42,343 nt of DNA, from positions 1-42,343 of the IMG/VR virus record IMGVR_UViG_3300010376_000066, one strand, 5' to 3'. Shown piece by piece: positions 36,671 to 42,343 of the stretch; the stretch's first letter is position 1; every line of letters begins with the position of its first letter. Source of the stretch: a virus. Lineage: Duplodnaviria > Caudoviricetes. Under the pieces are notes generated by a model. That model was not told the DNA's origin. It was given only the letters and a program-made list of their open reading frames with translations, and did not search any database. A program made the translations under genes and the position numbers.

Positions 36671-36956
36671 GTTCCTTGCCTTTCTGGAGTAGTTGCCGTA
36701 GGGTCCACTTGCCCTTGAGTTCGATCGTCTGTGGAATCTCGCACACCTGGCAGCGTACGAGGACGACCGTGAAGGTAGGAGTCCGGAGCTGTGGATGGCT
36801 CTGGAAGACCGGCTCCCAGGTATCGAGGATTTCCCATTGATGTACGTGGGCGTTCGGCGTGTCGGCATCGATCGGAGCGAACGGGCCGGTAGCTGGCTCT
36901 GGCGCGGGATCTGGCCGCTTGTCATGCGGGTTATCGCCCCAGTCCTGAATGGTCAC
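36663..36956 (-). CDS. Hypothetical protein, possibly Zn-binding
   Basis: HVHQW...RCQVC; overlaps both neighbours. Confidence 0.6.
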   Translation of the reverse strand: MTIQDWGDNPHDKRPDPAPEPATGPFAPIDADTPNAHVHQWEILDTWEPVFQSHPQLRTPTFTVVLVRCQVCEIPQTIELKGKWTLRQLLQKGKERE

Positions 36957-37840
36957 TGTGGCCTCCTAGCGGCTGCGTGGTGGAGGGGTTCGCGCGGGTC
37001 AATGTCGCGCCAGGTGCCCGGGGGATCTCCGGCCGCCGAGTGAGCGTTGACGCGGTCTCGGATAACACACCAGCGGTCGGCCGGGCCGTTGAAGCCGCAG
37101 CTTCCCGTCTGGTAGCAGATAGGACGGAACAGGTTTGCGATCTGTACTTGTTGCCAGCGCTCGGCCTGCGGGCCGTAGCTAATGATCGCATGGATGATCT
37201 CGGCAAAGACCTGCTTCCATTCGGCCTGAGCCTGAGAGCATAGCCGCATCCCGGCCATGTTGACCATGTTCCGGAGGTCGGTGTGGTAGTGGATACGAGT
37301 TGTGATATTCGTCGGGAGAAGCCCGCGCGCATCCTCGGCAGGCATGCCGCTGTCGACTAGCTGGTTGTATGCTCTCGCGACGTGCGCGACCGCGTTGTCC
37401 CATGTTACGCGCCAGGCGTGGTCGTCGGGCTTCCCGTCTAGGGATGGTGGATAAGCGACTTCCGCTATGGCGTTTTCCTTGACCGCGAATCGCATGGACT
37501 CCTGGACGAACACCGCGGTGCGCTGCCGTACGAGCTGGTGCGTAAAGGCCCGCGTCACACCTTCGATGAGGAAGTGTAGCGTGATGAATTCGAGTGGCGC
37601 GGATATCTTGCTTGCCATGAATCCATCGAGCCACTTGATGGCTTGTTCCTTGGTGATGTTGAGCGGATCGCTATAAACGCCGCCCTGGTATAGTTCCGAT
37701 GCCGCTGCCATGACTCGGAGCGGCTGGTCAGTCATCGAGACAAGGGTGACGTGCGGGCGTACTGGTTCGCCGAATGCTGATGATAGCGGTTCGGCCGTGT
37801 ACATTGCCTCGTCGGCCCACTTGCGGATTTCCTTGGTCAT
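36953..37840 (-). CDS. thyX: Flavin-dependent thymidylate synthase homologue (variant motif)
   Basis: PLEF, IEGVTRAFTHQLVRQR..QESMRF, AEDARGLLP, RLCSQAQAEW. Confidence 0.88.
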   Translation of the reverse strand: MTKEIRKWADEAMYTAEPLSSAFGEPVRPHVTLVSMTDQPLRVMAAASELYQGGVYSDPLNITKEQAIKWLDGFMASKISAPLEFITLHFLIEGVTRAFTHQLVRQRTAVFVQESMRFAVKENAIAEVAYPPSLDGKPDDHAWRVTWDNAVAHVARAYNQLVDSGMPAEDARGLLPTNITTRIHYHTDLRNMVNMAGMRLCSQAQAEWKQVFAEIIHAIISYGPQAERWQQVQIANLFRPICYQTGSCGFNGPADRWCVIRDRVNAHSAAGDPPGTWRDIDPREPLHHAAARRPQ

Positions 37841-38115
37841 CCTTCTACTGTCCTGTTCTCGTAGTGGCGTCGTATAGGTAGCGGCGCTTCCATTGCTACT
37901 TCATCCGGCGGACGTTCGTCGTGGTGCCGGAGGGTGAATGCTTCCGGCATGAATTCCTTCAGGATGTCAGTACATTTCTTACAGAGTTCTACCTCCTTGT
38001 ACTCGTCTTCCCCGACGAATGAGCCGTCCTTGGTATGGTGTACGGTCGCGAGCCGCATGACGGTCGTTACGTTGATACACCGCTCATCACAGCGGTCGCA
38101 GAACGTTCTCTTCAC
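37837..38115 (-). CDS. Small Zn-ribbon protein
   Basis: FCDRC...ELCKKC; AAGGA RBS. Confidence 0.65.
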   Translation of the reverse strand: MKRTFCDRCDERCINVTTVMRLATVHHTKDGSFVGEDEYKEVELCKKCTDILKEFMPEAFTLRHHDERPPDEVAMEAPLPIRRHYENRTVEG

Positions 38116-38408
38116 TATTGTGTCCTTAGTGGGTCGACGTGACGTAGCTTCTTGGTGCCGCGACGACGTCTGGTGAATCCCGCAGGCAGTTCGCACTTCG
38201 GCCACTTAATTGGCGATGAGAGATTACGTCGGAGCGCATTGAGCTGGTGATACCGGCGGTCCAGCTCCCCTGGTATTATCGCTAGCTCGGCTATCGGTGT
38301 TGTAGTCGTTGCCTGAAACTGATCGCACACCTCCGCAAGGTCGAGTGCCTTCTGGACTATGTCCATTATGTCTTCGTCGGTGTACGTCCTCAATGCGTAG
38401 CGATCCAT
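38115..38408 (-). CDS. Hypothetical protein
   Basis: AAGGA RBS; overlaps both neighbours. Confidence 0.55.
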   Translation of the reverse strand: MDRYALRTYTDEDIMDIVQKALDLAEVCDQFQATTTTPIAELAIIPGELDRRYHQLNALRRNLSSPIKWPKCELPAGFTRRRRGTKKLRHVDPLRTQ

Positions 38409-39100
38409 TCGGCTATGTCCTTTCGGAGTCGGAGCCAGAGCTGGTAGAGGTCACGCACCCGCTCGCCGGGTACGTCCCTCTCCCTATTATACGGCTGTTC
38501 GCGGAGATATACCTTCCTGATACCGTTAAAGATCGCATCAGCCGTCTGTTCCGGAAGGTCATCGGCCGCCGCGACGATCCGGTCAACGCCTACCTGGCGT
38601 ACGAGGTCCCTGTACTTTGTTACGAAGTCACCTTCGCCAAAGTCCACCCCCTCGAATATGACGGCGTCGTACTCGATGCTGTTCCGGCGTAGCCACTCTC
38701 TGGTATCAGGATCTATGTTATCAAGGCGTAGGTACGGACGTGTAGTACATATCCAGATCTCGACCCCCTCCTGCCGGATGTTATGGGTGAGTTCGGCAGC
38801 GTAGTCGTACACCGGCATGAAGCGCTTTAGGCCGCCCTGTCGGTAGGCAAGCTTACACTCCCGGTAGACGTGGTGAGGCACGCCCATGAAGGTTGAGAGG
38901 CGAAGTCCAGGATTGATATCGGTAGAGGATGGCATCTCCTGTCCGAGCCATTGTTCCGCGAACCACAGGAAGTGCTGGTGGTAGTTGCCTAGGGTACCGT
39001 CGATGTCGAGTGCGACGACCGGTTTGCCATCTCCGCTACGGAAGTCGGGGTGATGCTTGAACATCTCTCGGATCTCAGGATCGGTCATGAACCTACTCAT
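38390..39100 (-). CDS. HAD-superfamily 5'(3')-deoxyribonucleotidase-like protein
   Basis: VVALDIDGTL, ICTTRP, DTREWL, ADDLPE, QPYN. Confidence 0.85.
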   Translation of the reverse strand: MSRFMTDPEIREMFKHHPDFRSGDGKPVVALDIDGTLGNYHQHFLWFAEQWLGQEMPSSTDINPGLRLSTFMGVPHHVYRECKLAYRQGGLKRFMPVYDYAAELTHNIRQEGVEIWICTTRPYLRLDNIDPDTREWLRRNSIEYDAVIFEGVDFGEGDFVTKYRDLVRQVGVDRIVAAADDLPEQTADAIFNGIRKVYLREQPYNRERDVPGERVRDLYQLWLRLRKDIAEWIATH

Positions 39101-39876
39101 TCCAGAATCTTCACCACGTCTGGGTATGCTTGGTGGACTAGGTAACTCTTGAGCCACTTACCATAGCGGCCTATCCGGTAGATGTCCGGATTACAGGTAC
39201 AGTCGGTAGTGAGCGGCTTTGCTACTGCCGCGACGCGCTCGCCTCCGGTCGGCTGCTTCGACCATTCGGTTGTACGGTAGCCGAATACACAGGCATTGCG
39301 GTACCAGGTATGCTCGCTAGTGCCGTCGCACACGATCGTGTCCTGAGCTTCCGCTCCAGGCTTAGAGGTACCGGCCGCATAGATCGTATGGTAGTTGAAG
39401 GTGTGCCCCTTCTGATGGCATAGGGCTGGCGCGGGTATGGTCGAGATGATCGTCTCAGATCTTGCCTCATAGACTTCCCTCGGCAGTCTACCCGCGACGA
39501 TCGACGGCACAATGACGAAGTTCACTTTTGAGGATGGAAGTCCATGGAGGTAGCTCCACATGTAGCCGTACGTCGCGCGAATGTCCCAGGCGTCGTGCTC
39601 TCCGACAAAGTCCTCCGGTGAAACCTTGCCCTTCCAGTTCTCACCGTAAACCTTGAGCCGGTACTGTTCTGCGGTACCCTGAAGGTAGTAGCCGACTCGG
39701 GTGTGCCGTACTGTCTCATACCCCGGTATGGGAGCGTGGAGATACTGACAGCCATATAGCTTGCTCGGCCTATCGGCATTGCTAACGATCAGGACCGTCC
39801 GGTCCAAGTTGACGACAGCCGTAGCTGCCGCCAGACCGGACGGCCCACAGCCGAGGATGACAACGTCAGCCGGCAT
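39097..39876 (-). CDS. FAD/NAD-binding oxidoreductase (UDP-galactopyranose mutase/amine-oxidase-like architecture)
   Basis: VVILGCGPSGLAAA, GCQYLH, IISTIP, GRYGKW. Confidence 0.8.
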   Translation of the reverse strand: MPADVVILGCGPSGLAAATAVVNLDRTVLIVSNADRPSKLYGCQYLHAPIPGYETVRHTRVGYYLQGTAEQYRLKVYGENWKGKVSPEDFVGEHDAWDIRATYGYMWSYLHGLPSSKVNFVIVPSIVAGRLPREVYEARSETIISTIPAPALCHQKGHTFNYHTIYAAGTSKPGAEAQDTIVCDGTSEHTWYRNACVFGYRTTEWSKQPTGGERVAAVAKPLTTDCTCNPDIYRIGRYGKWLKSYLVHQAYPDVVKILE

Positions 39877-40219
39877 TAAAGACTCGCTGGTACAGCAGTT
39901 CCTGCTTGTGGAGCAGGATCTGGCGAACTTCGGAGGTGTTCTTCTTGAAATGCTGCATGGCGAGGATCGCCGTCAGGGCGGTATCGGCTAGCTCGTTGAG
40001 GCGTTCTTCTGGCGTCGCGTATATGCCCTTGCGTGGGTTCTGGCCGGTAACGCCGATCTGGGCGTCTACTGCCTCGCCTAGCTCCTCGATGCCCTTAGAG
40101 ATCCGCGCCCAGTCCTGAGCTAGGGGCTGGTCCTTGTACTCCTGGCTGACGTTCTCGTCGAGCCATTCATCTACGCGGTGGATGATCTGCCAGTCGATTG
40201 AGTCATCAAGATAGCTCAT
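39866..40219 (-). CDS. MazG-like nucleotide pyrophosphohydrolase
   Basis: KGIEELGEA..GQNPRKG..ELADTALTA. Confidence 0.88.
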   Translation of the reverse strand: MSYLDDSIDWQIIHRVDEWLDENVSQEYKDQPLAQDWARISKGIEELGEAVDAQIGVTGQNPRKGIYATPEERLNELADTALTAILAMQHFKKNTSEVRQILLHKQELLYQRVFNAG

Positions 40220-40806
40220 CCTGTTATCCTTGTGATTCGAGGAGTTGCGCGGGTTAGCGTGTAGCCCGGGATCTGCCGGTAGCAGACCGTTCCATTGAAG
40301 CTCTGGTAGAACGTGAACTGGTGGAGCGGCGCGGGTGGTGGCCCGAACGCCTCGGCGATTGCTTCCTGAGTACTGTGGTCCGAGTACTCGGAAATTATGG
40401 TACGGTCGAAGTGCCATCCCTGGTTGCGGTCCGTAATCCCGATCGCGTACCTAGTGCCGCCAAGGTACCTGATGTGTACCGAGACGTAGTCGCCTTGGTG
40501 AGCTACTTCCGGCACCGCGACAGGAGGGTTCGGCCAGACTTGAGTCCAGACCTTGTACGTTGTATGGCCGTAGCGTTCCGTGGCGGTGAATCCGCCGCGC
40601 TCTCGGCCGTGATGCCCGAGACCTGCCCATATCGATGTCGCTGTTGTCGTAGCGCCCGTGCTAGATGATCCGAATAGCCACCAGGCGGTGGTCATCACGG
40701 ATGTCGGCCCGGCTGCGCATCCTTCCCATCCTAGGACTGGGCGCGGTGCTGTTCCGGTGAATGCGGCTGCTGCCACTGCTGCTGCTATTGCTGCTGATAT
40801 TATCAT
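40216..40806 (-). CDS. Secreted G1 (eqolisin-like) glutamic peptidase homologue
   Basis: Signal-like N-terminus; GWEG, SIWAGLG, YKVWTQVWP, QGDYVSVHI, DRNQGW, STQEAIAE occur in G1-family order. Confidence 0.6.
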   Translation of the reverse strand: MIISAAIAAAVAAAAFTGTAPRPVLGWEGCAAGPTSVMTTAWWLFGSSSTGATTTATSIWAGLGHHGRERGGFTATERYGHTTYKVWTQVWPNPPVAVPEVAHQGDYVSVHIRYLGGTRYAIGITDRNQGWHFDRTIISEYSDHSTQEAIAEAFGPPPAPLHQFTFYQSFNGTVCYRQIPGYTLTRATPRITRITG

Positions 40807-40823
40807 GGCCACTCTCCGGACCA

Positions 40824-40867
40824 AACGGCCCGGAGGAATTCCGCATGGGTTTCCCTCCGGAGCCGTT
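40824..40867 (-). terminator. Long GC-rich hairpin after the SSB-like gene
   Basis: AACGGC-CCGGAGG...CCTCCGG-A-GCCGTT; intergenic. Confidence 0.55.
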
Positions 40868-40899
40868 CAATCTCTAGTGCTAGGTTGCGAACGATTGGG

Positions 40900-41739
40900 T
40901 TAAAATGGCGGCTCTTCATCATAGCCGCCATCACGCCCGCGCCCACGGGCTGGAGCGCTCCTTGCTCCGCGAGCGGGAGCCTTGGCCGGGGCCGCAGCGG
41001 GCTTCGCCGATCGGGCACCGCGTGCACCGCGCGGAGCGGGCTGCTCAGGCTTCGCGGGGGCCGACCGGGTACCCCTAGCGCCGCGAGCGGGAGCGGGCTT
41101 GTCAGGCGCGCTACGGGCCGGTGCACGACCTCTGCCGCGCGTCGGGCGTTCCGGCTCCGGTTCCGGCTCTTCTGCCTCCTCCTCTTCGTAGTCCTCCTCA
41201 TCCTCCGGCTCTGCCTCGTCGGCATCCTCCTCTGCCTCATCGAGGGTAAGCCACGACTTCACGGCGGGCTTCCATTCGCCGTTGTACCGCTCCCGGTCGG
41301 TGATGATGTAGGACCAGGCCTCATCGAATTCCTCGCCGGGCCGGAACCTGGCGATCTTGTTGATGGGCGCGCCGTTCTGGTCGTCCTTGTCGGCTACGTC
41401 GGTCTTCGTCTTGATGTCCTTGAGTGTGATGCCGAAGTTGTCGAGGAACGGTGCCCACCGAAACTTGGCGCCGCCGATCAGGGCGTAGTTGAGCCAGAAC
41501 GGGCAGCCGTTGTACTCCTCCAGGTCGTCCGTGTTCTCGGCGGCGAGCCAGAGAATCTTGAGCATCGGGTCGCCGTTCTGCGTCCGCGTCCACCACATCT
41601 TGCGAACGTAGCCGAGCAGCTCGATGTCCTTGGGCGGGACTTCCCCATCGTAGCTGTCGAACGTCTCGGTTGAGTACTCGATCGCATCGAGTTCAGCGAC
41701 GTTGAGGTCTTCGGTTTCTTCGGGCTTGAGCCTGACCAT
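40900..41739 (-). CDS. ssDNA-binding-like protein
   Basis: Follows the AAA ATPase; beta-rich core, acidic tract, PARGAR repeats, terminal DEEPPF. Confidence 0.65.
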   Translation of the reverse strand: MVRLKPEETEDLNVAELDAIEYSTETFDSYDGEVPPKDIELLGYVRKMWWTRTQNGDPMLKILWLAAENTDDLEEYNGCPFWLNYALIGGAKFRWAPFLDNFGITLKDIKTKTDVADKDDQNGAPINKIARFRPGEEFDEAWSYIITDRERYNGEWKPAVKSWLTLDEAEEDADEAEPEDEEDYEEEEAEEPEPEPERPTRGRGRAPARSAPDKPAPARGARGTRSAPAKPEQPAPRGARGARSAKPAAAPAKAPARGARSAPARGRGRDGGYDEEPPF

Positions 41740-41742
41740 CTG

Positions 41743-41940
41743 TTACTTTCCTTCGTGTTCGTGATCTAGGTAGTGTTGGTGGAGCCGGTGATCTGCTGCG
41801 TGTTCTCCAATCGTTAGGAAGCGGAGGTTGGGGTGACGCTTATGGAGGTGTTTGAATAGCCATATACGCGATTGGCTATCGGGATCGACCAGTACGACTA
41901 GTGGTTCGGGTTCGGCGCGATGCTGACGTCTCGGCGGCAT
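41743..41940 (-). CDS. Small His-rich protein (paralogue of 31584-31829)
   Basis: KHLHKRH...HAADHRL...LDHEH; GAGGTG RBS. Confidence 0.6.
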   Translation of the reverse strand: MPPRRQHRAEPEPLVVLVDPDSQSRIWLFKHLHKRHPNLRFLTIGEHAADHRLHQHYLDHEHEGK

Positions 41941-42343
41941 CTTCCCCACCTCTTGCCTTCTCGATCGCCTCGATCATGCGGGACATCTCAAAGTAGCTAC
42001 CTTCCTCGACATTCCAGAACTTGCCGAGAGCTATGTAGCGGTCCTTTGCGTACCAGGGCGGCATAGGCTGGCATAGCGCACGGCGTAGGATTGGCCCGCG
42101 CATATCCCTCGATTCCCGCGCCACGGCATAGTATAGCGCGACGGAGAACTGGGCGCTGACGTAGTCAGAGATCTCGCCTTTCTTGCCCAGGAGGTGAGGG
42201 ATGATGCGCTCCTCACCCTCGGCGTCGTCGGCGGTCATGCTAGTGGTAATGAAGATGACGCTGAACGGCCCGTCGATTATCCTGTCGACCCAGCGCTTGA
42301 AGCCGTTCTGGTACTTCTGGTGGTTCTGGATCGCCGGGATGTC
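41876..42343 (-). CDS. AAA_24/Sak4-like ATPase, C-terminal part (5'-truncated by the window)
   Basis: Frame open from the window end; SVIFIT, IIPHLLGK, YAKDRY. Confidence 0.7.
   Translation of the reverse strand, partial: DIPAIQNHQKYQNGFKRWVDRIIDGPFSVIFITTSMTADDAEGEERIIPHLLGKKGEISDYVSAQFSVALYYAVARESRDMRGPILRRALCQPMPPWYAKDRYIALGKFWNVEEGSYFEMSRMIEAIEKARGGEDAAETSASRRTRTTSRTGRSR

Overview
Most of the genome of a GC-rich siphovirus with actinobacteriophage-type proteins. The window is cut inside a prim-pol gene at the left end and inside an AAA ATPase gene at the right end. The + strand carries prim-pol, a RepA-like helicase, a TAGT/GREB1-like glycosyltransferase, then HNH, terminase, portal, MuF-like protein, a seven-gene head-accessory insert, scaffold, capsid, neck, tail (with GGGAAAA frameshift), tape measure, Dit, a very large Tal-like fusion, lysis genes and a SAM methyltransferase. 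The converging - strand arm carries an AAA ATPase, an SSB-like protein, a secreted G1-peptidase-like protein, a nucleotide-metabolism cluster (MazG, FAD oxidoreductase, HAD, ThyX variant, Nmad/DUF1599-like), a fragmented dnaE and a GT2. I saw no integrase, repressor, tRNA or CRISPR array. Main oddities: (1) dnaE is interrupted twice by ORF-bearing inserts, each bounded by a 5-bp direct repeat whose removal restores one continuous frame, and three successive ORFs begin MRYV; (2) the MuF-like gene has one in-frame TAG; (3) a promoter-driven, apparently pseudoknotted ~130-nt RNA precedes the packaging operon; (4) there is a candidate DNA-hypermodification pathway; (5) a TAGACG-N17/18-TATACT promoter occurs three times. 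All protein calls come from motif recognition and gene order by eye, with no database searches.
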